Shown here: positions 36,358-46,485 of the stretch, one piece after another
Numbering within the stretch: position 1 is the stretch's first letter
Layout of the letters: each line of letters starts with the position of its first letter
NCBI GenBank assembly: GCA_052168235.1
Contig: JBQLZK010000037.1
Span: forward strand, 1-64,000
Direction: 5' to 3'
Origin: Thainema sp.
Lineage (GTDB): Bacteria; Cyanobacteriota; Cyanobacteriia; Phormidesmidales; Phormidesmidaceae
Length of the DNA: 64,000 nt
Made by a program: the position numbers and the translations under genes
Notes under the pieces: generated by a model
The model's database searches: none
The model's input: the letters and a program-made list of their open reading frames with translations, nothing else
Told to the model about the DNA's origin: nothing

Positions 36358-37479
36358 TTACACAATCTCCGCTAGCGGTACGTCTAACAGACCCGCAATG
36401 GTTGTTAGATCATAAGTGTTGTTTACGTCTCCGAGCGGTGTTGCGAGGTTGGTGGTTAAACTGCCATCTGCGATCGCAACTGAACCGTTGACCTGACCAA
36501 AGAAGTCGATACCCTGCTGGGTAAAGGCGACGACATCAAAACTGGTGTCAAACGTGCCGAGTGGGTTCTCCAAAGTGGCATCAATCACACCATTAGTAAT
36601 CGTTGCTGTGCCCAGTGAGCTTTGAATCAGTTCAGCCACATATTCGCTGGTAAGGGTGCCGATTTCCAGCTCAGTTTCTACCGTTCCGAGTAGCGGCACA
36701 TCGGTGCTAAAGGTAGCAATGCCGTCCGTCAGCGTCACCAGGCTGCTGATGTCGGTCAGCGGAATCTCCAGCGATCCGAAGCTGCCAAATAAAGCAGAAA
36801 TGGTGCCTTCGTTTAGATCAAGCTCCACGCTCATGCCGCCGATTGTCGTCGGGATAAACAGTGGAACTATAGCCGTTTCATCAAAGTCAATGTCGCCTAC
36901 GATTTCCCCAAACGGCGTTAGTAAATCCACATTCAGATCGCCACCCGCAAAGTCAACCGTGCCGATGAAGGAGCCAAGCGCCGTGTCCACGTCAATATCA
37001 AACGCACCGTTTTCCAGCAGCACCGTGGCATCAACCGACTGAATCGCATTTAGGATCAAGCTGCTCGCGGCGGTAGCTAAATCAAATCCTTCGACGAAGA
37101 GAGACTCGTCCCCGGTACTCAAATCCACGTCTAGAATGCCGTCCACCAGCGTCGCCGTTCCGTTGGTGACTGCGGCCAGTGCCGCCCAGTCGCTCAAGGT
37201 TGTCGGCACATCAACGGTTTCCGCCAGCAGGGAGCCATCCGGTAGCACTAAATTGCTGGTAAAAATTCCATTCGTAACGGTGATATCGCCAGCCAAATCG
37301 GTAATATCTGCCGCAAACTCGGCAACGACATCCGCCAAGCTGGGACTTAACGCACCTAACAGACCCAAAACGCTGAAGGAACCTAGAACACTCAGATCGG
37401 GGGTGAAGCTGAGGTCTGCTGTCTCTAGATCCAGCAGGCTGGAAGTCCCTAAATTAGGCAATAGCGTGGTAGAAGACAT
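36358..37479 (-). CDS. Extremely acidic repeat protein with no Lys/Arg/His/Cys
   Basis: 373 aa with recurring G.x.x.(N/D)G....L.TP.G....(T)FD units. AAGGA Shine-Dalgarno upstream. Confidence 0.8.
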   Translation of the reverse strand: MSSTTLLPNLGTSSLLDLETADLSFTPDLSVLGSFSVLGLLGALSPSLADVVAEFAADITDLAGDITVTNGIFTSNLVLPDGSLLAETVDVPTTLSDWAALAAVTNGTATLVDGILDVDLSTGDESLFVEGFDLATAASSLILNAIQSVDATVLLENGAFDIDVDTALGSFIGTVDFAGGDLNVDLLTPFGEIVGDIDFDETAIVPLFIPTTIGGMSVELDLNEGTISALFGSFGSLEIPLTDISSLVTLTDGIATFSTDVPLLGTVETELEIGTLTSEYVAELIQSSLGTATITNGVIDATLENPLGTFDTSFDVVAFTQQGIDFFGQVNGSVAIADGSLTTNLATPLGDVNNTYDLTTIAGLLDVPLAEIV

Positions 37480-37971
37480 GGGGCAACATCCTTATGTAAT
37501 TACGTGTAGTGCGCGGACTGATTGCTAGAGAAACTTAGCGCACAATGGTAAAGAAACCAGTAAGGAGAGCGGTGTTCAGGTAACGTTTTCTTGCACTCTC
37601 CCATTTTTTGCACCGCCCGCGTTTCACAAACAATAACCTGCGGGTTTCCAACCAGGCTTCGAATCACGATGCGCGATCGCACAGATTACTCCAATCCCTT
37701 TTTAACAGCTTCTTTCGGCAACTTCTACCCGTATCTTCTAGTCGTCTGCCACCTTTATTTTGCGGGTTTTGATGGTTGCTGTGCCGTGTGTGGCGCGGCA
37801 CAGCAACCATCAAAACTAATTTGGCAGAGCAGTAACAATAAAAAGTAAAGATCCGGAACAAGTATATAAAACGATACTTATTTCTCAGAGGAAAAGAAGT
37901 ATAAGTAAAAGAAACACCAAAACTTTCCTCAAGCAAGAGGTTTTGGCCTGTCAATGGGAGTATCTGCCCCG

Positions 37972-39243
37972 ATGCACCAGCTTCGCCGTCCACCCAGCCC
38001 CCCCGAAAACGCGATTTATGATCACCTAAAAGCGATTGTTCAGCAGAAAACTGCTGTTGAGGTGATTGAGCGTTACGAACAACTGTTCATCCGAGGAGCC
38101 TATCCGCACAATTCTAGAGTTCAACAGGCGCTACACAGCGTTTTGCGATCGCAGGAGATTGATCGTAACTATCCCTTTTTCTTCAATCGCAGTTGCTACA
38201 TTGCCGTCAACAACTGGTACTACCACACGGCCAATCGGCAGATGATCTCGCCGCTGATTGGCCTGTTCAGTGCAGACTCGTTTCCACCCTCTCCGTTGAA
38301 GAGTACTCACAAGCTGCATCGTCTGGTGCAGCAGTTTCAGACCACGGATGAATACCGCGAACTGAGGAATCTCTCGGAGTTCATTCAGTCGTCCTATCAG
38401 GAAGCCAATGCTGACGGCTACACAGCGAATACCAAGCTGGACGATCTGCGGCCTCGCTATCCCTTTGTCTGTGAGCAAACGCTGATGCCGCAGGCACTGC
38501 AAACGGGCCATGCTCATCTGATCCACGATATCCGCATGCAGGCGCAGCAGCAGCAGCAGTCAAAGCTCGACAGCTTCAAACTACATTTCAAGCTGAGTCA
38601 GCAGCGCCAGAATCCCGAAATGCGGCAGAAGGAGCAAGCCAAAGCCGCCAAGTATAACTTCACGCTGCTGACTGAAACGGGTTTAGGAGAAGCCGTTCAG
38701 CAGTTTGACACGATGGGGACTTGCCACGACGCCTACAAGCGGTTTCAGGGCCAATCCCCCTGGATTATGACGCTGCATGACTTTAAGCGAGAGCTGTACG
38801 AATACCTGCTGGAAGCGATTCCGCCGCAGTACAGCCCCAAGTCATTTCCGACCAAACTGCGCGATCTCATTCGTGCGATCGCAGAACGATTGGACGATGC
38901 ACCGCTCAACGAGCGCCTGATCCGTCACGTGTGCAAAGAACTGTTGGACTTTTTGACTGTTCGCACTGATTCAAATCATCAGAAAGATTACCGCACGCTG
39001 ATTGACTTGGAAGGGAATGTGCCAACGGTGATGCTGGTCGGACTGCTGCTGCGGATTCTGTTGGTTTGCCGCAGCACGTTTGACTGGTTGGAAAAGAAGC
39101 TAGCTAGTCTGTTTGACAACTTCATGCTGGAGAAAAAACAGCAGACTGAATGGCTGATCCGGATTTTGGAGTACGTGAATGTGGCGATTTGTTTGAACTA
39201 TGAGGATCGTGCTTCGCTCATGGTGTCAGAAGGGGGCTTCTGA
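37972..39243 (+). CDS. Conserved cyanobacterial hypothetical protein (all-helical)
   Basis: IYDHL...VIERYEQLFI.G.YP...NRSCYIAVNNW and LLRILLVC....WLEKK.A.LF pattern. Divergent from the acidic protein gene. Confidence 0.75.
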   Translation: MHQLRRPPSPPENAIYDHLKAIVQQKTAVEVIERYEQLFIRGAYPHNSRVQQALHSVLRSQEIDRNYPFFFNRSCYIAVNNWYYHTANRQMISPLIGLFSADSFPPSPLKSTHKLHRLVQQFQTTDEYRELRNLSEFIQSSYQEANADGYTANTKLDDLRPRYPFVCEQTLMPQALQTGHAHLIHDIRMQAQQQQQSKLDSFKLHFKLSQQRQNPEMRQKEQAKAAKYNFTLLTETGLGEAVQQFDTMGTCHDAYKRFQGQSPWIMTLHDFKRELYEYLLEAIPPQYSPKSFPTKLRDLIRAIAERLDDAPLNERLIRHVCKELLDFLTVRTDSNHQKDYRTLIDLEGNVPTVMLVGLLLRILLVCRSTFDWLEKKLASLFDNFMLEKKQQTEWLIRILEYVNVAICLNYEDRASLMVSEGGF

Positions 39244-39331
39244 TCTTTGCGTCAATCACACAGACGAGGGTGGTAAGCTTCGTTCGTCAACTAAGGAGCG
39301 TGAATTAAATAGCCTGTCAATCATTCCATCC

Positions 39332-39359
39332 GTAGGGACACGGCATTGCCATGTCCCTA
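39332..39359. repeat. GTAG-type REP-like palindrome
   Basis: GTAGGGACACGGCATTGCCATGTCCCTA. Confidence 0.7.
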
Positions 39360-39448
39360 TCCCAAAGATTCCACCTTATTAAATTCACGCTCCTAAGGTG
39401 CTTCCATAGTTCTGAGCGTTGAATTTGTTTAAGCCAACGGGCATATTT

Positions 39449-39463
39449 GGTGCAAGATGTGAG
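39449..39463. repeat. Solo family-A MITE end
   Basis: GGTGCAAGATGTGAG, identical to the end of the 15696-15793 element. Confidence 0.55.
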
Positions 39464-39493
39464 TAGCTGTACGTGATCCTGTGCTCAATCGCT

Positions 39494-41569
39494 ATGCTGG
39501 AATGGCTGCCCAATAGTCCACTGATTTCATTTACAATCCTGCTGCTGGTCATCTTGACCGTGCCGCCGATCTTTGAGCGATTGCGATTGCCGGGGCTGGT
39601 GGGCCTGCTGTTTGCGGGGGTTGTGCTGGGTTCTGATGGTCTGGGGCTGCTCGATCCCGACTCGGAAACCACCAAGTTACTGTCAGACATCGGCAAAATC
39701 TATCTGATGTTTGTGGCAGGTTTGGAAATTGACCTGGACGAATTTCGCAAGACCAAAGAGCGATCGCTGGGATTTGGGTTTGCCACCTTTTTGGTGCCGC
39801 TGATTGCGGGGACGCTGATTGGACAGCTATTTGGCTTTGGCCTCAATGCTTCGATTCTGATTGGCTCACTGATTGCCTCTCATACCCTGCTTGGCTACCC
39901 AATTGTGCAGCGGCTGGGCATCGTGCGCAATGAAGCGGTGACGGTGACGATTGGCGCAACTATTTTCACCGACATTGCGGCGCTACTGGTACTCGCCATC
40001 TGCGTCGCCATCCATGCCGGAGAATTTTCGGCTGGGACGCTGGTGCTGCAACTGTTCCTGCTGGCTGTCTACGCGGCAGCGGTGCTGTTTGGGCTGGACT
40101 GGGCCGGAAAAGCCTACTTTCGCCGCACGGGTGATGAGGAAAGCAATCAGTTTCTCTTCGTGCTGCTGGCGGTCTTTCTGGCTTCGATGGGGGCGCAGGT
40201 GATCAATGTCGATAAAATTGTCGGCGCGTTTCTAGCTGGATTAGCCGTCAATGATGTCGTCGGGCACGGCCCAGTTGAAGAGAAGATTGAATTTGTTGGC
40301 AGTACGCTATTTATTCCCTTCTTTTTCGTCGGCATGGGGCTGCTGCTGGATGTGCCTGCCTTTATTGAAAGCCTGACCACCAATTTTGGCCTGACGGCTG
40401 CGATCGCAGTTGGCCTATTTGTCAGTAAATTTCTAGCGGCAGCGATTTTTAAATTCGTCTTTCGCTATCAGTGGTACGAGGCTCTCACCATGTGGTCGCT
40501 GTCGCTGCCCCAGGTGGCGGCAACGCTGGCGGCGGCGCTGGCTGGACTCAGCGCTGGCATTATCGATGAATCGGTATTCAACAGCATTATTGTCTTGATG
40601 CTGCTCACGTCGCTGGCGGGGCCGATGCTGACCGAGCGGTTTGCCGTGCGGCTGTCTGCCCCCAAAGCGGCATCGTCGTTGGATCATCCCCAGCGTGAAT
40701 CCTGGTGGGGAGCGATTAGCGAGGCAGAAGCGCAAATCAATCAGCGCGATCGCTATCCGTTTACCGTTGTGGTACCGATCTACAATCCCAACACCGAGCG
40801 CAATTTGATTGAACTGGCGGCACTGTTGGCCCATCACGAGTCAGGCACGGTGATTCCCTTGGCGGTCGTCAAAGCGCACGTTCACATGGATGAGCCAGAG
40901 CTAACTGGGACGCTCCAGCGCAGTCAAAAGCTCCTGGAACGCGCCGTAGATATTAGCCAAACCTTCAGCGCCGATGCCCGTCCCGACATTCGGATTGACG
41001 ATGATGTGGCCGAAGGGATTAGCCGCACCGCTCGCGAAACCAATGCTAGCCTAATCGTCATGGGCTGGAGCGGCAGCGGGTTGCGATCGCGTTTATTTGG
41101 CAGCGTCACTGATAACGTGTTCTGGGCTGCTCACTGTCCGGTGGCGGTGACGCGGCTGCTGGATGAACCGATTCACTTTAAGCACATCCTGGTGCCAATT
41201 AAAAACATTACGTCCCAAACCCTGCGAATTCTGCGCTTTGCCCAACTGTTTGCCGACACTAATCAGGCATCGCTGCTCCTGCTCCATGTTCACGATCCGC
41301 GCACGCTGCCGGAACATGTCAGCGGCTTTGAACAGGCTGTCACTCAGGCCATGCAGGCGCAAGGCCCAGCGGTTGATTTTGATATCAAAGCCATTCCTAG
41401 CGATCACCCCGGTCAAACGATTCTCAAAATGGCGCAGTCATTTGATCTGGTCATCCTGCGCTCAACCCGTCGCCGCACGGCGGGTGGTTTAGCGGTCAGC
41501 GATGTGACGACTCAGGTGATTAAAGAATTGCGCTGCTCAGTGATCCTGTTTGGTGAGCCTCATACATAA
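39494..41569 (+). CDS. Cation:proton antiporter (CPA2) with two C-terminal USP domains
   Basis: LMFVAGLEIDL, GATIFTDIAAL, IVGAFLAG, FIPFFFV. USP motifs LIVMGW..LFGSV.DNV..AHCPV. Confidence 0.9.
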   Translation: MLEWLPNSPLISFTILLLVILTVPPIFERLRLPGLVGLLFAGVVLGSDGLGLLDPDSETTKLLSDIGKIYLMFVAGLEIDLDEFRKTKERSLGFGFATFLVPLIAGTLIGQLFGFGLNASILIGSLIASHTLLGYPIVQRLGIVRNEAVTVTIGATIFTDIAALLVLAICVAIHAGEFSAGTLVLQLFLLAVYAAAVLFGLDWAGKAYFRRTGDEESNQFLFVLLAVFLASMGAQVINVDKIVGAFLAGLAVNDVVGHGPVEEKIEFVGSTLFIPFFFVGMGLLLDVPAFIESLTTNFGLTAAIAVGLFVSKFLAAAIFKFVFRYQWYEALTMWSLSLPQVAATLAAALAGLSAGIIDESVFNSIIVLMLLTSLAGPMLTERFAVRLSAPKAASSLDHPQRESWWGAISEAEAQINQRDRYPFTVVVPIYNPNTERNLIELAALLAHHESGTVIPLAVVKAHVHMDEPELTGTLQRSQKLLERAVDISQTFSADARPDIRIDDDVAEGISRTARETNASLIVMGWSGSGLRSRLFGSVTDNVFWAAHCPVAVTRLLDEPIHFKHILVPIKNITSQTLRILRFAQLFADTNQASLLLLHVHDPRTLPEHVSGFEQAVTQAMQAQGPAVDFDIKAIPSDHPGQTILKMAQSFDLVILRSTRRRTAGGLAVSDVTTQVIKELRCSVILFGEPHT

Positions 41570-41596
41570 TCTGTAGTGTGATTAATACCTATTGCC

Positions 41597-43405
41597 ATGA
41601 ATTCGCGTTTTGTTTATCAACATCTGCGTTGGTCTACACTACAGCGCTACATTGCCTGGTGCGTGCTGGTAATTTTCGTTGTGCTGATGATTGTGGTGCA
41701 ACCCATCGCAGCGCAAAATTCTTCTTCAGATGCGGCTTTTTCCGCTTGGGCGCAGGCTCCCGCCACCGACAGTCAACCTAATCCTGATCCTGATTTAGCC
41801 AGTGATTTAGAGGATACAAATTTAGTTGACCCCGTCTTGGTTGATCAACCTGCGGGCAATCGAATCGATGGTTTTCCGGTCGTGCTGAATAATGAAGTTC
41901 TGTTTCGCATTAAAGAAGGTGTGGCAGGTGTGGCCACCGCTGAGGAGCGAGCCGGAATCATCCAAGGACGAATCGATGCGATCGCAACGAATCCAGCTGT
42001 TTCCCTCGACCAAATTCGCGTTGATACGCAAAATAATCGCACCGTAATCAAGGCTGGCGAGCAAGTTTTGTTTACCGTGACTGAAGCAGATGCAGAAGTT
42101 TATGATCAGTCGATTGATCAACTCGCCAATCAAGCCGTAGAGTTCATTCAAACTGAAATTGCGACCTATCGGGCGGAACGCAGCGTCAAACGACGCACAC
42201 TTGGAATTGTCCTTACTATTGTCAGCACGCTTATTCTGATTATCTTTTTACGCAGCCTGTTCCTCTTTTCCTCAAAACTCTTGCTGCGGGTTGCGCAAGC
42301 GCGTCACCATCGCAGTTTAGAACTGCGAATCCATAACTTTCAAATTTTAGGCGCTAGTGCAACGGGATACTTGTTGGCGGTGCTGATTCGTTTAGGACGG
42401 CCCATCCTTGTCCTGGCTGCGTTCTATCTATACATTCCGTTTGTTTTGCGGCAGTTTCCGGCCACGCGACCGCTGGGCGACCGGGTGTTAAACGATTTGG
42501 CTGGGCGATTAAACAATTTTGCTCAAGCTTTTGTTGCCTATCTGCCCAACCTGATCACCATCGTCGTGATTGGGGTCGTGGCCTACTACCTGTTTGGCTT
42601 TGTGAAGCAGGTAATTGCGGAGCTGGGCCGAACCGATGTTTATCCGTGGTTTTATCCGGAATGGATACAGCCTACCAATCGACTCGCAGGATTCTTGGTA
42701 TTTGCGATCTCATGTGTCGTTGCTGGTCCTTATTTACCCGGATTTGGATCACCCGCGTTTCAGGGCATATCGATTTTCTTGGGGGCGCTGCTAACCCTTG
42801 GTTCATCGTCTGCCGTTGCCAATGCCATTTCCGGCATTATCTTGATTTACACCCGTGCCTTTCAAATCGGTGACTTTATTCGGATTGACACAAACATGGG
42901 TGAAGTAACGGAAAAGTCGCTGTTTGTCACCCGCATCATGACCCCGAAGCGGGAGACAATCACCATTCCCAATCTGTCTGTGTTGAATAGCAATGTGGTC
43001 AACTACACGGCGATCTGCCGCGAATCAGGCGGATACTTAACGCTGCACACGACGGTGACTCTGGGTTATGACGTACCCTGGCGCAAAGTTTATGAGGTGA
43101 TGACCGCAGCCGCAACGGCCACAAAGCACATCACGGCTGAACCTGCCCCCTTTGTGCTGCAAACTGCGCTGAATGATTTCAACGTTAGCTACGAACTGAA
43201 TGCTTACACCGATCGGCCTGAATTGATGCCGCGCATTTATTCCGAGCTGCACGCCAATCTTCAGGATTACTGCAACAGTGCCGATATTGAAATCCTTTCG
43301 CCTGCTTTTTCTGCGCTCCGAGACGGCAATCACTCCACACTTCCGGCTGACTATCTACCAGAAGACTATCGCGCCCCAATGTTTCAAATTCGCCAGGACT
43401 CGTGA
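41597..43405 (+). CDS. MscS-family mechanosensitive channel with periplasmic N-terminal domain
   Basis: LGSSSAVANAISG...RAFQIGDFI...GEV...ITIPN...VVNY. Confidence 0.9.
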   Translation: MNSRFVYQHLRWSTLQRYIAWCVLVIFVVLMIVVQPIAAQNSSSDAAFSAWAQAPATDSQPNPDPDLASDLEDTNLVDPVLVDQPAGNRIDGFPVVLNNEVLFRIKEGVAGVATAEERAGIIQGRIDAIATNPAVSLDQIRVDTQNNRTVIKAGEQVLFTVTEADAEVYDQSIDQLANQAVEFIQTEIATYRAERSVKRRTLGIVLTIVSTLILIIFLRSLFLFSSKLLLRVAQARHHRSLELRIHNFQILGASATGYLLAVLIRLGRPILVLAAFYLYIPFVLRQFPATRPLGDRVLNDLAGRLNNFAQAFVAYLPNLITIVVIGVVAYYLFGFVKQVIAELGRTDVYPWFYPEWIQPTNRLAGFLVFAISCVVAGPYLPGFGSPAFQGISIFLGALLTLGSSSAVANAISGIILIYTRAFQIGDFIRIDTNMGEVTEKSLFVTRIMTPKRETITIPNLSVLNSNVVNYTAICRESGGYLTLHTTVTLGYDVPWRKVYEVMTAAATATKHITAEPAPFVLQTALNDFNVSYELNAYTDRPELMPRIYSELHANLQDYCNSADIEILSPAFSALRDGNHSTLPADYLPEDYRAPMFQIRQDS

Positions 43406-43414
43406 TGGAATTTT

Positions 43415-44713
43415 TTATTGAGATTGGCTTGAAATGCTGTTTCTATAATCTCCTAATTTCGTAGGAGCCACAGGGCTATCTTCTTTAAATTCGCCTTTAA
43501 ATTGAATTGATTTGAGATACCAAAAGGCTACGACCAGAGGCAAAACATATCGATCCCAAGGATATGCTTTCATCATAATTAGGCTATTAAACAAAACCAT
43601 CAGAGTAATTAGGTTTGACTGAGAGAAGCGAACACAAGCTAAATAAGATAGTCCATAAAACAGAGCGATTTTGGCAATATCACTCGGCAAAAGATCCGCA
43701 ATTTTAATCAGAGTTCCAGCTCCGAATAGCAGCGGAGGATAAACTAAAACAAATAGTAGTAGTAGAGCTGCAACAATCAGAAGTCGCTGCCACTGCGCTT
43801 GAACAACCGAAAGACCCTTTCTGAGCATAGATGCTATTTTATTTGTTCTTTTTGCGCTCAAGAAATATTTTGGAAAAACAAATAAAATAAATTCTGGAAT
43901 GACAATATAAACTCCAACAAAAGCTAAAAAATTAATCGCTCCACCGGGAGTTAAGCTCCAAAATGATTGCTGTACATCCGGTACCGAGCGATATTCCAAA
44001 CCAGATTGAGGTGCCAATCCTTGAAACAAATAAACCCAAAACAGAAGGGAGAGTACGGCCAGTAGAGGAGCAAGCCATTTCCAGTGATCCTGTAGGCGAA
44101 ACTTACGTATCCGTAGCGAGTGATTAAACGCTAGGACAAACTCATAGCTCATAATCGCAGCCGGAAACGCAATCATATACTGTCTTGATGCGATCGCAAG
44201 GACAAAGGCAAAGCTACTCAGCAAATAGCGATCGCGGATATAGGTCATGAGTCCTAAAATCATCCAAAAGCAGGCAATCATCTCCGTATAAAGTCGCCCA
44301 CTTAAAAATAGATAGTAAGGGCACATAAACAGCCCAATTAAGCATAAAATTGCTCTTCCCCCTCGGCTGCGATTGGGCCAACCGATTAGAAAAACAATGA
44401 CTAAGGATAGGATAAGGTTTAAGAGTCGTCCAGCGAATATGCCCTGATTGAAAAGATATTCTAATGAGCCGAAGATCACGAATGGCAATGGTGTATTTAG
44501 CTCTTTATAGTCGCTTAGATCCTCAAGAGATGGAACGAGTCGGTCGCTGAATCCCAAACTGGTTTCCCAAAATGTCCTTTCATCCCACAAAAAAGGACCT
44601 CGCAGAAAATCTAGCCAAGCTAGTAAAGCCATGTAGATAACTACTACGCCGACTATAAAAAAGAACTTTTGTTTTGATTTGTCGTTGATTAAGTCCATAT
44701 TCTTTATGTTCAA
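43415..44713 (-). CDS. Polytopic GT-C-fold glycosyltransferase-like membrane protein
   Basis: WDE in the first loop, TPLPF, GRLLNL, RLYTE, ASRQ, WDRYVLP and many transmembrane helices. Confidence 0.65.
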   Translation of the reverse strand: MNIKNMDLINDKSKQKFFFIVGVVVIYMALLAWLDFLRGPFLWDERTFWETSLGFSDRLVPSLEDLSDYKELNTPLPFVIFGSLEYLFNQGIFAGRLLNLILSLVIVFLIGWPNRSRGGRAILCLIGLFMCPYYLFLSGRLYTEMIACFWMILGLMTYIRDRYLLSSFAFVLAIASRQYMIAFPAAIMSYEFVLAFNHSLRIRKFRLQDHWKWLAPLLAVLSLLFWVYLFQGLAPQSGLEYRSVPDVQQSFWSLTPGGAINFLAFVGVYIVIPEFILFVFPKYFLSAKRTNKIASMLRKGLSVVQAQWQRLLIVAALLLLFVLVYPPLLFGAGTLIKIADLLPSDIAKIALFYGLSYLACVRFSQSNLITLMVLFNSLIMMKAYPWDRYVLPLVVAFWYLKSIQFKGEFKEDSPVAPTKLGDYRNSISSQSQ

Positions 44714-44811
44714 AATTGCCGTTAATTTTTAAGTATGGGGAAATAGAATATAGTCTGTCCTGCGTTTTTCGATGAGCAATTTTCAACGCAAAATCTCATC
44801 GAATTGGTTGC

Positions 44812-46392
44812 TCATGCGTGAATTTGAGATGGCTCATCTGCTGCATTCAACGCTGGGTTTGGGCAAATACTGTTATTCCTAAAAGATTGAGGTGTGGTTT
44901 GGAGCAAGTGCTCACCTAGGCGGCGAGCGATCGCTAAGATCGTGAACGTGGGCGAGTAAGATGGCCCGGTCGGAAATACGGCTGAACTTGCTATATACAG
45001 GTTTTCGGTGCCAAATACGCGACAGTTGGTGTCCACGACCCCTTCCTCCGGTCGGCTAGCCATGCGAGTTGTGCCCATTTGGTGAGCCGCATCCGTCATA
45101 TTTTCCAAGCTGGGCGGTTCATCCCCAAAGTCAAAAGTGCCTAGCCCCACCTGTTCAAACCGCTGAGTCAACAGTTCCAGCGTTGTTGCCATTGATTGCC
45201 GATCGTGATCCGTGAAGCACCAATCAACTTCCAGTTTGCGCTGTCCCAGAACATCCCGTTCGGTGCCAAGCTTGATCCGGCTCCTCTTCTGGGGCACCTG
45301 CTCGGTGACAAACTTGACCCGATAAGTTGCGATCGCACCATTTCCATCTCGGCAAACGGGCCGTCCCCGCACAATCCGCCACAGTCGATCAGTTGTCTTT
45401 TCGTAGATAGGTTTTATGTATAGAACGTGCTCCAGTAGCTTGTGTTCTGCCTGAGTTGCATCGTCTAGCGCAAAACAAATACAGAACCGGGGCTTCGGCG
45501 CATACTGCAATTCATGGGCATATTGGCGCGTCAGACTGCCAGGGTGAAGCGTTCCCGTGTGGTGCTTGGGGTGATCGGTATAGAAGCGGCCTACTAGGTC
45601 GTGAGCGTTACCAATACCTCCCGGCAGTTGGCGATCGGAGGATAGGAGCAGACGGGCTGCTTCAAATGCTCCGGTCGCAAGCACCACGACATCGCCCTCG
45701 ACCGTCAGTTCTCGACCCTCTAAGGAGCGGCAAACCACTGTCGTTACTCGCTGACCGGTTTCGTCTAGTTTTAATTCGGTTGCCGTTGCGCCAAGCACCA
45801 CCTGCAAGTTGGCTGAGCGGCGCATTTCGTCCCCAAAGCGTTTTGCTGTCCGGGTTGGCGTCTCTTCCCAATAGAAGCTACTCATCTTTAAGCCACCCGC
45901 CGCGATTTTGGCTCGCAGCTCGACGATTTCAGGACGCATAGCTTCGGCCTCTAGATCTCCAAAACCGTAGTCTTTAGCGGCGGAACGATAATGCTCCAGC
46001 AGATCCTCGAACCGGATGGGCCAGCCGCTGTTGGCAACCCAAGGTCTGCCCTCAAAATCAATCGGCTGTAGGTATTTCCATTTGCCCGTCCAAACATTGC
46101 TCGTGCCACCAAACTGGCGCACACGACTCACTCCCCGCAGTTCTGGCGGTAGGTAGCGATGATAATACGAATTGGGATTTAGCTCACGATGACGCTTACC
46201 TAGAAAAACTACGTCATTCAAAGCCTGGATAGAGGGATCAAAGCGATCGCGCCCGCTTTCCACCAGCACCACGTCTCGGCCATGACGAGCTAGGTGTGTA
46301 GCGACCTCAGCACCCGCAATGCCGGAACCCAGCACCACCACCTGCCCCCGTAGCGTCGTCTGCTCACCCATTTCCAAAATATCGGTAATCAT
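44812..46392 (-). CDS. GMC-family oxidoreductase
   Basis: VVVLGSGIAG, GGTSNVW, VGRFYTDHP, HQMGTTRM, GVVD, NLYIASSAVFPT. True start likely 46392, because the 46449 start lies in a REP. Confidence 0.9.
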   Translation of the reverse strand: MITDILEMGEQTTLRGQVVVLGSGIAGAEVATHLARHGRDVVLVESGRDRFDPSIQALNDVVFLGKRHRELNPNSYYHRYLPPELRGVSRVRQFGGTSNVWTGKWKYLQPIDFEGRPWVANSGWPIRFEDLLEHYRSAAKDYGFGDLEAEAMRPEIVELRAKIAAGGLKMSSFYWEETPTRTAKRFGDEMRRSANLQVVLGATATELKLDETGQRVTTVVCRSLEGRELTVEGDVVVLATGAFEAARLLLSSDRQLPGGIGNAHDLVGRFYTDHPKHHTGTLHPGSLTRQYAHELQYAPKPRFCICFALDDATQAEHKLLEHVLYIKPIYEKTTDRLWRIVRGRPVCRDGNGAIATYRVKFVTEQVPQKRSRIKLGTERDVLGQRKLEVDWCFTDHDRQSMATTLELLTQRFEQVGLGTFDFGDEPPSLENMTDAAHQMGTTRMASRPEEGVVDTNCRVFGTENLYIASSAVFPTGPSYSPTFTILAIARRLGEHLLQTTPQSFRNNSICPNPALNAADEPSQIHA

Positions 46393-46431
46393 AAAAGCTC
46401 CAGTTATAAAAGTTGAAGTTCTATATGGTTT

Positions 46432-46459
46432 GTAAGGGCGAATGGCCATTCGCCCCTAC
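46432..46459. repeat. GTAG-type REP-like palindrome
   Basis: GTAAGGGCGAATGGCCATTCGCCCCTAC. Confidence 0.75.
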
Positions 46460-46485
46460 GTAACGCTACCTGCTTTCCTAGGAGA

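Noticed and set aside
36656..37528. Plus-strand Ser-rich ORFs opposite the acidic protein
   Set aside because: Antisense shadows caused by the biased codon use of the minus-strand gene.
46393..46449. MAIRPY... start of the GMC oxidoreductase
   Set aside because: That ATG lies inside a REP palindrome. ATG 46392 fits the FAD-binding N-terminus better.
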